Shown: positions 9,451 through 17,581 of the stretch, in pieces
How the letters are laid out: the number at the start of each line of letters is the position of its first letter
Numbering within the stretch: position 1 is the first letter of the stretch
Assembly: GCA_051651765.1 (NCBI GenBank)
Contig: JBOFSX010000214.1
Coordinates: 1,874-65,873, forward strand
Direction: 5' to 3'
From: Anaeroplasmataceae bacterium
GTDB lineage: Bacteria; Bacillota_I; Bacilli_A; Acholeplasmatales; Anaeroplasmataceae
DNA length: 64,000 nt
Program-made: the position numbers and the translations under genes
Notes under the pieces: model-generated
The model's database searches: none
The model's input: only the letters and a program-made list of their open reading frames with translations
What the model was told of the DNA's origin: nothing

Positions 9451-10912
9451 ATTCACATTTATCATTTATGTATAGTAACCAATAATAAAAGCATGTAGCT
9501 TTCATATTACTTAAAGTAGCAACACGACTAGTTTTAAGATACTCTTGACTATTTCTTTTCATCAATACGTCTAATGCTTCTTTTATATCTAGCAGTCCTT
9601 TTTCTTTTGTATTACTTACATTATAGGTTCTTTTCATGAGACTTATAAAGTTTATACTTTTTATAGTCTTTCTATCTTTTTTAAGATATCCAATATAATA
9701 AGTGATAATCTTTCTAATTAAATCTCCAATTAAATCTTTATCATTTCCTATCATTGAAGCTATAGTGGATTTCATTTTAGATACACCTAACTTAGTTTCT
9801 TTACATGCTATAATTAGTATTCTTTCATTTACAGTAGAATCTGATGATAGTTTAATAACTATCTTTCTAGTTATAGTTTCTATATCAGCAGATACAGTTT
9901 CTGGTATATTCATATAAGTATCACCTTCATCTGTTGTACCTTGTATCTTATCAGTTCTTACAGTATCACCAGCATAATAGTTTTCATAAAACGCATTAGC
10001 TATGTATTTTAATGTGGTATTAATTCTACCATGAAGATTGTCCATATAATAAGTCATATTAAAATCTGTTGGTTTTTCCATCAATTCAATAGTATTTGCT
10101 ATATTAGTATATGCTAAATATTCAATTAATTCATATATAGTATTCATACTTTTTATAGTATATCTATCTGACAATTGTTCAATTGTCTTTGTCATTAATT
10201 CTTCATCTACTTCAAATTGAAAATAGTTATTATTCAATGATGTATAAAAACGAATAGTAAAAATTAGATTAACTAAGAATACCATAGATTGTTTATAATC
10301 ACCAGATGCTTTTTCTGCTTTAGTCATATTATTCCAATAATGAAATATTTGATAACACATTAAAACATTAGATGGTTTAGTTGCTATTTGCCAACTAGGG
10401 TTAATATAATCAGATGCTTTAATAGCTTCTATTATAAGATTCTTATCTACACCAGATGCTACGAAATAATCGTTCTCATCATTCTTAGACCATATGATTC
10501 TTTTACCAGGTCCTCTAGTACTCATTTCTGATATATGATCTTTCACATATTCCATAACGAATTTAGATATAGACAATTTAAACTTATTAGTTATAGCACC
10601 AATGCTAGCTTCTAACATATCATAAACTGTAGTGGCAGTACTTAAACTATCACCCCTAGTAGAATCTACTAGATTTACAGTTCTATCACCTTTTAAAGCT
10701 CCCATAACCTTTGGGACTTTCTTATGCATCTTTTTCTTACTATAATCTAATAAGAATTTCTCCATTTTACTTCTATCTCTTTCGAATCCTACGTCATAAA
10801 ACTTAACAGCTTCTGTCGATAAAGACTCTTCAGATAACTCTTTGCACATATTTTCAAACTTTCTAAAGTTTTCAAGATTCTCTTTACTAAATAATTTATC
10901 TAAGTAATCCAT
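9449..10912 (-). CDS. hypothetical protein (487 aa)
   Basis: Long ORF with AGGAG RBS 5 nt upstream. No motif recognised. Confidence 0.85.
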   Translation of the reverse strand: MDYLDKLFSKENLENFRKFENMCKELSEESLSTEAVKFYDVGFERDRSKMEKFLLDYSKKKMHKKVPKVMGALKGDRTVNLVDSTRGDSLSTATTVYDMLEASIGAITNKFKLSISKFVMEYVKDHISEMSTRGPGKRIIWSKNDENDYFVASGVDKNLIIEAIKASDYINPSWQIATKPSNVLMCYQIFHYWNNMTKAEKASGDYKQSMVFLVNLIFTIRFYTSLNNNYFQFEVDEELMTKTIEQLSDRYTIKSMNTIYELIEYLAYTNIANTIELMEKPTDFNMTYYMDNLHGRINTTLKYIANAFYENYYAGDTVRTDKIQGTTDEGDTYMNIPETVSADIETITRKIVIKLSSDSTVNERILIIACKETKLGVSKMKSTIASMIGNDKDLIGDLIRKIITYYIGYLKKDRKTIKSINFISLMKRTYNVSNTKEKGLLDIKEALDVLMKRNSQEYLKTSRVATLSNMKATCFYYWLLYINDKCE

Positions 10913-10921
10913 ACAATCTCC

Positions 10922-10935
10922 TATATAATATAGTT
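10922..10935 (-). promoter_or_regulatory. late-type promoter-like motif AACTATATTATATA
   Basis: Correct spacing, but the TATA abuts the RBS of 9449..10912 and would give a very short leader. Confidence 0.3.
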
Positions 10936-10962
10936 TTATCTAAATATGTAATAAACGCTATT

Positions 10963-11020
10963 CTCACTCGCATATTATTAGGTGTATAAGGAGTATTATA
11001 AATAGAATATCAAATAATAA
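10963..11020 (+). promoter_or_regulatory. early-type promoter-like module, long form
   Basis: CTCACTCGCATATTATTAGGTGTATAAGGAGTATTATAAATAGAATATCAAATAATAA is near-identical in layout to 54005-54060. Confidence 0.55.
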
Positions 11021-11104
11021 AACCTGGTTGTCAACCAGTAATTATATATCAATCTTAGATTGGTAACGATATCAAAACCTATGATACTTCGAAGGAGGTT
11101 CTAT

Positions 11105-11461
11105 ATGAACTTGAATACATCTAAATTTAACACATTAACAGAAGCAAAAAAATTAGAGGCAGCAGCAACTATTGTTGCTTCTATAATTTTAAACGAAGTG
11201 CAACTGAAGGAACTAAAAACTGTTGGTGAATTCAAATTCACAAATGATTTTGGCTCTTTTCGATATACGAAAACAGCTGGTTCTTACAAAGTTGCGATCA
11301 GTGAAGGAAAGTTTAGTTCATTTGTTAAAGAGATAATCTACAAGGAACGTCGTATGACGAACCTTGGTGTTACTACCATTGATGTCCTGTTAAACGCAGG
11401 GCATGATGTTGAGTTTTCATTAAGAACAGATGGTCTTATCATGAAGGTGTTAGACAACTAA
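11105..11461 (+). CDS. hypothetical small protein in an early-type cassette (118 aa)
   Basis: ATG 11105 has GAAGGAGG 7 nt upstream, while the track TTG start at 11060 has no RBS. Followed by a UUCG-loop terminator. Confidence 0.8.
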   Translation: MNLNTSKFNTLTEAKKLEAAATIVASIILNEVQLKELKTVGEFKFTNDFGSFRYTKTAGSYKVAISEGKFSSFVKEIIYKERRMTNLGVTTIDVLLNAGHDVEFSLRTDGLIMKVLDN

Positions 11462-11476
11462 TACCTTCATAAAAAA

Positions 11477-11506
11477 ATAAAGGGTCTTCGGATCCTTTAT
11501 TTTTTT
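11477..11506 (+). terminator. rho-independent terminator with UUCG tetraloop
   Basis: ATAAAGGGTC-TTCG-GATCCTTTAT followed by T7. Near-copy of 54262-54291. Confidence 0.85.
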
Positions 11507-11524
11507 GTATTAATCAATCATTCT

Positions 11525-11549
11525 TAATATATATTATTTAATGAGTAGG
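11525..11549 (+). promoter_or_regulatory. early-type promoter-like motif (TAATATATATTATTTAATGAGTAGG)
   Basis: Follows the UUCG terminator and lies upstream of 11627. Same arrangement as 54310-54349. Confidence 0.5.
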
Positions 11550-11626
11550 ATATTAAAAAATATGATCATTTATCAATTCATTGTTAATGAGTATAATGAC
11601 ATAGTTTAATATTCAAGGAGTTTCTC

Positions 11627-11983
11627 ATGAATACCTTAATAAGTATATTGATAACAGTTGCTAATGTGGTCCTTTTATTATTGTTATTTTCAAGAATGTT
11701 TGATGCAATGATTATCGAGATAAAATTCAGAATTAATTCTGAATCTATTCTCAAGAGTTATTACAATATGTTGAAAAATTCAAACATTAATGATAGTGAT
11801 GACAAATCATTCGATGAAAGAATAAATGAGTATAGAGAAGTGTGTAAACTATTTTTAAAGCATACGAATAATAAAGATAAGTTATACATATTCGAAGGCT
11901 TAAAAAAGAAATCTTATCCATTATCTTCAAAGTGTTTAATGGAGGATTTCTTAAAAGATTGCGAAGAGAAATTCCAAAAATAA
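11627..11983 (+). CDS. hypothetical small membrane protein (118 aa)
   Basis: AAGGAG RBS, N-terminal hydrophobic helix LISILITVANVVLLLLLF, own promoter-like motif and terminator. Confidence 0.8.
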   Translation: MNTLISILITVANVVLLLLLFSRMFDAMIIEIKFRINSESILKSYYNMLKNSNINDSDDKSFDERINEYREVCKLFLKHTNNKDKLYIFEGLKKKSYPLSSKCLMEDFLKDCEEKFQK

Positions 11984-11986
11984 AAA

Positions 11987-12015
11987 ATAAGGGGAATCGT
12001 ATCCCCTTATTTTTT
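11987..12015. terminator. bidirectional terminator hairpin
   Basis: ATAAGGGGA / TCCCCTTAT stem with flanking A- and T-runs. Lies between 11983(+) and 12007(-). Confidence 0.75.
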
Positions 12016-12630
12016 CATCATTTGTTTTATTCTACATTCTTTACATATAAGACGACAATTCATAACCTGTCGTTCTATATCTTTTTTACTACATCTATTA
12101 ATCATTTTAGATACATTGTATGGTGTATGATTAACCATTCTTTCGAATGTTAGTTTATCATTATCTTCTTCATTACAATAGTTACATTTACCACCTAGAG
12201 ATTCTTTTAAATCGCTTATGTATCTATATTTATTATCTTTCCTTTTCTCTATCTCTTTTATTACTTTATTATAACCTTGCTTCTTTCTATAGTAATAACG
12301 AACAGGATCTCTCTCATATTCTTTATACATATATTTTTTCTTATTTAATTCTAATTCTTTTAACCATTTATTCACATTATTAACTTTACAGTTTCTCACA
12401 CTAGCCATTTCATTAAATACGTATAAACAATCTAAATCTTTAGGTATGTCTTCTTTGTCTCTAATAATGCCTATGTATAGATATTTTTTATTCTTAAATA
12501 TAAGGAAGTCTCCTATTTCTAATATAACTCCTTTTCCATATTTCCTTTCTATTAATAGAGATTCGCTTCTACGTTTCTTACATTCATTCTTAAATTCTAA
12601 AATTTGTTTAGTGTTTTTTAAAAATTTCAT
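12007..12630 (-). CDS. putative zinc-finger / HNH-like nuclease-family protein (207 aa)
   Basis: GAGGAG RBS and early-type motif upstream. The C-terminus CNYC..LTFERMVNH..N..CKEC resembles a CxxC...CxxC HNH/HNN zinc motif. The functional call is weak. Confidence 0.6.
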   Translation of the reverse strand: MKFLKNTKQILEFKNECKKRRSESLLIERKYGKGVILEIGDFLIFKNKKYLYIGIIRDKEDIPKDLDCLYVFNEMASVRNCKVNNVNKWLKELELNKKKYMYKEYERDPVRYYYRKKQGYNKVIKEIEKRKDNKYRYISDLKESLGGKCNYCNEEDNDKLTFERMVNHTPYNVSKMINRCSKKDIERQVMNCRLICKECRIKQMMKK

Positions 12631-12650
12631 TTAATATGTTATTAACTCCT

Positions 12651-12677
12651 CTATAATACTCATTTAATAATATATAC
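12651..12677 (-). promoter_or_regulatory. early-type promoter-like motif (minus strand GTATATATTATTAAATGAGTATTATAG)
   Basis: Lies directly upstream of the RBS of 12007..12630. Confidence 0.5.
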
Positions 12678-12717
12678 ATAAATAAATATTAAATTAACTA
12701 TAAAAGTACATAATAAT

Positions 12718-13070
12718 AAGAAAGGGGGAGGTTTAAAGTCCGATCCTACAGATCGGACGGACAACATATGTAACAGGGCTAAAGCCCGTACATATGAAGG
12801 AAGGTGATGAAGTTGAGAGTGTTTCGTAAACGAACTTATTAAGAAATATAGAAATTTAATTTTTTAAATTTTCTCTAGTTTTTAAGAGTTTTTACTACGG
12901 TTTTGAAATTTTGCTTCACTCAAGCTAATAAAAAAATCCTTGTTGGATTTTTTGAGTTTCATTGTAGCTTCGCCGTTTAATTTTCCTCAGGACTAGCTAA
13001 AAAGCGGTCACCCAGCTTTTTATGTACGAGAAATTTGGAGGGCGTTTAATACGCCTTCTTATAATTTTTT
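12718..13070 (+). ncRNA. candidate structured non-coding RNA(s) of unknown class
   Basis: No ORF of 60 aa or more on either strand. G+C-rich hairpins at 12738-12758, 12765-12796, 12931-12953 and 12998-13022, plus a terminal hairpin with T-run at 13037-13070. The ends are guesses. Confidence 0.3.
13037..13070 (+). terminator. terminator-like hairpin closing the non-coding island
   Basis: GGAGGGCGT / ACGCCTTCT stem (2 G-U pairs), loop TTAAT, T6 at 13065-13070. Confidence 0.5.
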
Positions 13071-13074
13071 ATGA

Positions 13075-13096
13075 AAATATATTATTTATTATAAAG
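13075..13096 (+). promoter_or_regulatory. weaker early-type motif (ATATATTATTTATTATAAAG)
   Basis: Keeps the ATATATTATT core and sits between terminator 13037-13070 and the AAA+ gene. The second half is not conserved. Confidence 0.3.
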
Positions 13097-13130
13097 CACA
13101 CAAAATATAAATATGATTTATGGAGGAAAC

Positions 13131-14573
13131 ATGGAAAAAACGAATTTAACTAAAGAAATTATTTCGGAACGTTATGCTGTATTTAATGCGGCAAAGACTA
13201 AACTTAAAAATGATTTTTATGGATTAGACAGCGTTATTGAAGAAATTTTTAAAAGTATCGAAACTTGGTATATTTATCCCGAATATTTAATGCGACCATG
13301 CATTATTAATTTATGGGGATTAACAGGTGTGGGTAAAACTGATTTAGTTAAAAAATTAAGGACGTATTTGAAAATTGATAAATTTGTAGCAACGGAAATG
13401 GATAACACGAGTAATTCATTTGAAGATGTAAACAAATATGGTTATGTGGAAAATTCACGAACTAAAAGTATTTATGATTTATTAACACAATTTGATATTA
13501 CCCCGAATGATAAATCGATCTTACTGTTGGATGAGATACATCGATATAGAACAATATCGAATGAGGGTAAACAATTTACTAAAACAAGATTTAATGATGT
13601 ATGGCGTTTGTTGAGCGATGGTGCTTTATTTGACTCATCGAATGCTATATTTAGAATTAATGAAGCGATAGCGTCTATAGAAAGTAAATATGATAATATT
13701 AGAATTTCTTTGAGCGGTAGAGCTAAAACGTTTGATGAGAAAATGTCATTTTTAATTGGTAACCCGGTTATAGATGAAAAAGAAGTGGAAAAAGAAAAAG
13801 AAGAATCGATGAAGCTAATTAAGACGCAAGGGTTTGTTCCTTATGAGTTTAGAAAGAATTTAGTTAGCGAATTAGAAAACTTTAATATTGCTGCTTCCGG
13901 TAATAATTTAGCACCATTAATGAGCTTAATTAAAATCGATGATGAAGATAGAAATAAACTACGTTTATTGAAAATGATATATCAAGGATCCCAAGATGCA
14001 ATGCTTAATGAGATATTTGTAACATTCGCTCCGAATAATGAAAGCGAAGATAATAGAATTAGAAAGTATATAAGCAACTGTTCGAATAAAGTATTATTGG
14101 AATGGTTGAAATTTAAAAGAGATCGTATGTTAGAAGAAGTAAGTAAAATGACTGAAATCGAATTAAGAAAAGAAAATGCACGTTATGTATATAATAATAT
14201 GCTTATCTTTATTTGTGGAAATTTGTGCAAATCTACATACGAAGATAAAGATTTTACTATTACAAATGAACTAAACAAATTGTTTAGACCTGAGCAGATT
14301 TCTCGTTTCGGTAGTAGTCATATTATATATCCGATTTTAAGTAAAGAAGATTATGATAAGATTATATATCGTGAAATTGAACTAACGAAAGTTAGATTAA
14401 GAGATGAATATTCAACTGATAAAATTGATTTTAAAGTTGAAGAAATTTATAAAAAGGTAATTAATGAATTACCAGATGATTATTTATATAGTGGTGTAAG
14501 ACCAATCTACTCGGCTGTGCAACGAGCAATGAGTGATGAAATTCCTAAAATGTTAATTAATATCTTTCAATAA
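13131..14573 (+). CDS. Clp/Hsp100 D2-like AAA+ ATPase with a large internal insertion
   Basis: ATG 13131 with GGAGGA RBS. Walker A GLTGVGKT, Walker B LLLDEIH, DVWRLLSDGALFDS (compare ClpB DVFNILLQVLDDGRLTD), FRPEQISRF (compare FRPEFLNRID) and sensor-2-like GVRPIYSAVQRAM (compare GARPLRRAIQ). Confidence 0.75.
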   Translation: MEKTNLTKEIISERYAVFNAAKTKLKNDFYGLDSVIEEIFKSIETWYIYPEYLMRPCIINLWGLTGVGKTDLVKKLRTYLKIDKFVATEMDNTSNSFEDVNKYGYVENSRTKSIYDLLTQFDITPNDKSILLLDEIHRYRTISNEGKQFTKTRFNDVWRLLSDGALFDSSNAIFRINEAIASIESKYDNIRISLSGRAKTFDEKMSFLIGNPVIDEKEVEKEKEESMKLIKTQGFVPYEFRKNLVSELENFNIAASGNNLAPLMSLIKIDDEDRNKLRLLKMIYQGSQDAMLNEIFVTFAPNNESEDNRIRKYISNCSNKVLLEWLKFKRDRMLEEVSKMTEIELRKENARYVYNNMLIFICGNLCKSTYEDKDFTITNELNKLFRPEQISRFGSSHIIYPILSKEDYDKIIYREIELTKVRLRDEYSTDKIDFKVEEIYKKVINELPDDYLYSGVRPIYSAVQRAMSDEIPKMLINIFQ

Positions 14574-14585
14574 GGAGAGTGGCTA

Positions 14586-14870
14586 ATGTTTTATCATACA
14601 GCAAAATATCGAAGAAAAGAAGATGGAAAAATGATTGAGGGAATGAGATGGTATGGTAGTATTAATGCTAGTGTAATATCTTCATTCTGTGGTGAAGAAA
14701 ATGTGCAAATATTAAGAGATGATAAAGGATTTATATATGCAGTCGTATTTGATAAAACATTCAATATTGGCGACTATATATTATTAGATGATGGTGAATG
14801 GATAATGATTGATAAAAATAGTGATGAAATTGAAAAGTACGAATTGGTAGAAAATGAGTATGAGATTTAG
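14586..14870 (+). CDS. hypothetical protein (94 aa)
   Basis: AAGGAG RBS 8 nt upstream. Overlaps the next gene by 17 nt. Confidence 0.7.
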   Translation: MFYHTAKYRRKEDGKMIEGMRWYGSINASVISSFCGEENVQILRDDKGFIYAVVFDKTFNIGDYILLDDGEWIMIDKNSDEIEKYELVENEYEI

Positions 14871-15612
14871 GAAGACCATTACTCTTCCAAATGGTGCAAG
14901 ACTTAATTTATCCAAAAGTGGTGTTAGTGTTAGTGTAGGTAAACGAGGACATACTCTTACGTATGGTCCAAACGGTCTCTACCAAAACATTAGCATCCCT
15001 GGTACAGGATTATCTGAAAGAAAAAAGATAGCAAATGCTACAAATCCATCTGACGAGCTCACAGTATTAGAGTTGCCTGAAGAGGATAATGGGGGTACTA
15101 GTATGAACAGATATAAAATATATACAGATGGTGGTTTTTGTAATACGCAATCAAAAGGTGTAGGATCTTGGGCATTTATTCTGTTAAAATACGATGAAGA
15201 GAAAAAAGAATATATCGAAGTTAAAAAATCATCAGGAAGAACCTGTGATACGACGAATAATAAAATGGAAATGCAAGCAGTTTTAGAAGCTTTTAGATTT
15301 TTAAAAGATGAAAATGTAGATAAAGAAAAAGATGAATTTGAAGTAATAAGTGATTCCATGTATGTTATAAAAGGCAGTACTGAATGGGTTAATAAATGGA
15401 AAGAGAATGAATGGAAAACGTTAACTAATAAAGATGTTAAGAATCAAGATCTATGGATGGAAATAATTAAGATTAAAGATACCTATAGCAATTTAACTTT
15501 TAGTTGGGTTAAAGGTCATGATAATGATAAATTCAATATCGAATGTGACGCTTTATGTCAAACTGAAATTAGAGAAGGTGTTAAAGAAATCCAAGATAAA
15601 ACAAAAATTTAG
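14854..15612 (+). CDS. DUF4236-like N-terminal domain fused to RNase HI
   Basis: N-terminus RFRKTITLPNGARLNLSKSGVSVSVGKRG...IPGTGLS matches my recollection of DUF4236. The C-terminal domain carries the RNase HI catalytic set: YTDGG, NNKMEMQAVLEA, ISDSMYV, WVKGH...ECDALC. Confidence 0.8.
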   Translation: MSMRFRKTITLPNGARLNLSKSGVSVSVGKRGHTLTYGPNGLYQNISIPGTGLSERKKIANATNPSDELTVLELPEEDNGGTSMNRYKIYTDGGFCNTQSKGVGSWAFILLKYDEEKKEYIEVKKSSGRTCDTTNNKMEMQAVLEAFRFLKDENVDKEKDEFEVISDSMYVIKGSTEWVNKWKENEWKTLTNKDVKNQDLWMEIIKIKDTYSNLTFSWVKGHDNDKFNIECDALCQTEIREGVKEIQDKTKI

Positions 15613-15621
15613 GAGGTCATA

Positions 15622-16068
15622 ATGAGTAAAGAAATAATGTTATTGATAATGCTAGTTATTGGAAATATATTTATACTATCTTTAACAATTAAAGTATTAT
15701 TGCCAAAACAAATCAAGGACGATCTGATCATCCCTAAACATATTGTAACTATTAGAAACGATCATGTATTCAATTTAGATGATGTAGAATCAATAGGGAA
15801 ATATGTAACAGAAGGTGAAAAAATTGGTCTTTCGATTGCATTTAAAAGTGGATGTAAGAAAAAGTTTTCAATAAACTATTTATTGAAATACAAAGAGAAT
15901 TCTGAAATCTCAGATGCTGAATCGGAATTAAAAGCATTATTCGATATGATGAATATTGTTTATAATAAAAGGCAAAAGTATTTACAAGATAATAAATATA
16001 GAGTAGATCCAATCATTTATCATAAAATGTACACATCAGTTTTTAATGGAGTGCGATTTAATGATTAG
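15622..16068 (+). CDS. hypothetical membrane-anchored protein (148 aa)
   Basis: AGGAGG RBS and N-terminal helix IMLLIMLVIGNIFILSLTIKVLL. Confidence 0.75.
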   Translation: MSKEIMLLIMLVIGNIFILSLTIKVLLPKQIKDDLIIPKHIVTIRNDHVFNLDDVESIGKYVTEGEKIGLSIAFKSGCKKKFSINYLLKYKENSEISDAESELKALFDMMNIVYNKRQKYLQDNKYRVDPIIYHKMYTSVFNGVRFND

Positions 16069-16348
16069 GGCTGAATCTGAAACACTTGTTGTAACAGCTG
16101 GTTTGGAGGAAAAGGAATTCTTTAAACAAATGAAAGAAGTTCTTGATGAAGAAAAATATAAAGTGTATGAATTGATGTATAAGAATTTATCACCATCAGA
16201 AAAAGAAATATTTCGTTTGGTTAAACCAGACAGTTGGATATCAGAAACTGGTAATGTACAATTTTTCGTACAAGTATCAGTTAAAAATATTGATGAATTA
16301 CAAAACATTAGCAGACAGCTAAATGTGTTTTATTCATCAGATAAGTAA
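16061..16348 (+). CDS. hypothetical protein (95 aa)
   Basis: ATG 16061 overlaps the upstream stop (ATGATTAG) and has GGAG upstream. Followed by a terminator. Confidence 0.65.
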   Translation: MIRAESETLVVTAGLEEKEFFKQMKEVLDEEKYKVYELMYKNLSPSEKEIFRLVKPDSWISETGNVQFFVQVSVKNIDELQNISRQLNVFYSSDK

Positions 16349-16357
16349 CATTATTTG

Positions 16358-16390
16358 GTCCTGTCTGTATAGACAGGACTTATTTATTTT
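16358..16390 (+). terminator. rho-independent terminator
   Basis: GTCCTGTCT-GTAT-AGACAGGAC followed by TTATTTATTTT. The core CTGTCTGTATAGACAG is shared with 17093-17120. Confidence 0.75.
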
Positions 16391-16402
16391 AAGGAGTTTG
16401 TT

Positions 16403-17086
16403 ATGAAAAAGAAGAGTAATCTTTTAAAATTCACAATGCTTATTATATTAGGCTTTGTAGCAGTATTCGCTGTATTTTATTCTAAGAGCGGATTCGTCAT
16501 TTCCAATATGGAACTATATGCATTAGGATTAAATCTTGTATCGATATTGTGTGTATACGCACTATTTCGTAGTACAGTTGCATTTATGAGTAAAGCTTTG
16601 GATGAGAAGAATAATAAAAATATAATATTAGTATCTATCATTTATGGTATCGTTGTGAATGTTTCTATATACGTATTCATAATGGCGCATAAAGCATCAA
16701 AATATGTACTACCTAATAAAATAAATCAATTAATGATTTTAGCATTAATAATTATGTTTGCTTTATCGATACGAACTTATTTCTTGGATTTATCAATACT
16801 ATTAATGACGATGTTAAAATCTAAACATCCGATTATGAAAGAATTGATATATAACTATTTTAAATGTCGTGAAATAAAATCTATAGATGCTAAAGAAGAA
16901 AAAGAGCATAAAAAGAAAATGAAAGAATTGGAAAATAGAAAGAAAGAATTGGATAAAATTTATAAAAAGAAAACGAAAAAATTGGAAGAATTGAGGGAAA
17001 GAAATAAAAAATTAGAAGAAAGAAAGAAAGAATTGGAAAAGAGAAAGGAAGAATTGGAAAAGAAAAAGAGTCAATCTGAGTTATAA
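16403..17086 (+). CDS. polytopic membrane protein with K/E-rich coiled-coil tail (227 aa)
   Basis: AAGGAG RBS, several hydrophobic helices, C-terminal KELE/KKLE low-complexity repeats, terminator downstream. Confidence 0.8.
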   Translation: MKKKSNLLKFTMLIILGFVAVFAVFYSKSGFVISNMELYALGLNLVSILCVYALFRSTVAFMSKALDEKNNKNIILVSIIYGIVVNVSIYVFIMAHKASKYVLPNKINQLMILALIIMFALSIRTYFLDLSILLMTMLKSKHPIMKELIYNYFKCREIKSIDAKEEKEHKKKMKELENRKKELDKIYKKKTKKLEELRERNKKLEERKKELEKRKEELEKKKSQSEL

Positions 17087-17092
17087 TTTAAA

Positions 17093-17120
17093 CCCTGTCT
17101 GTATAGACAGGGTATTTTAG
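17093..17120 (+). terminator. rho-independent terminator
   Basis: CCCTGTCT-GTAT-AGACAGGG followed by TATTTTAG. Confidence 0.7.
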
Positions 17121-17134
17121 TTTAGGAGTATTTT

Positions 17135-17581
17135 ATGATCACATTAAAAAGATTGAATATAATCAATCTAATAACTATTGTATTTACATTTGTATTGTTT
17201 TGGTTTTATTTATTTTTGTCTAAAGAACCAATGTCTTATCAGTATGGAGCTATGGTTGTCATAACGATGATTTCGTTATATCTTACAACTTGGGCGGTTC
17301 CATTTGGAATTGTAGCAATTAGCGTCGTAGAAGTAATAAAATACGATACTGGTAAAAAGATAATGTATACACTTGTAACACCAACTATAATCACATTTTT
17401 CTATATAATATATGCATCAGCATACCAAATAGTTACAATGACAGTGCCACCATATGTCATTAGTTATATATTGGGCGTTCATATATTTATACTAGTTATA
17501 TCATTTATAGGATATGATGTATTTGAAATGACAAAATTATTAAGAGAGAAAAATATTAAAGAAAGAGAAAGTAAAAAATAA
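17135..17581 (+). CDS. polytopic membrane protein (148 aa)
   Basis: AGGAG RBS and about four hydrophobic helices. Confidence 0.75.
   Translation: MITLKRLNIINLITIVFTFVLFWFYLFLSKEPMSYQYGAMVVITMISLYLTTWAVPFGIVAISVVEVIKYDTGKKIMYTLVTPTIITFFYIIYASAYQIVTMTVPPYVISYILGVHIFILVISFIGYDVFEMTKLLREKNIKERESKK

Noticed and set aside
10781-10789. TTCGAATCC (T-loop-like) sequence suggesting a tRNA
   Set aside because: The flanks do not form T-arm, anticodon or acceptor stems, and the site lies inside the 487-aa coding ORF. I found no other tRNA-like cloverleaf in the window.
11932-12634. Track ORFs 11932..12153(+), 12147..12383(+) and 12446..12634(+)
   Set aside because: They overlap the terminator or are antisense to 12007..12630. 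They have no RBS.
12718-13070. Retron-like msr/msd or type III toxin-antitoxin RNA
   Set aside because: No reverse transcriptase is nearby. There are no terminal inverted repeats (a1/a2) and no tandem direct repeats as in ToxI-type antitoxins.
14979-16308. Track ORFs 14979..15359(-) and 16036..16308(-)
   Set aside because: Antisense to the RNase H fusion and to 16061..16348, with no translation signals.
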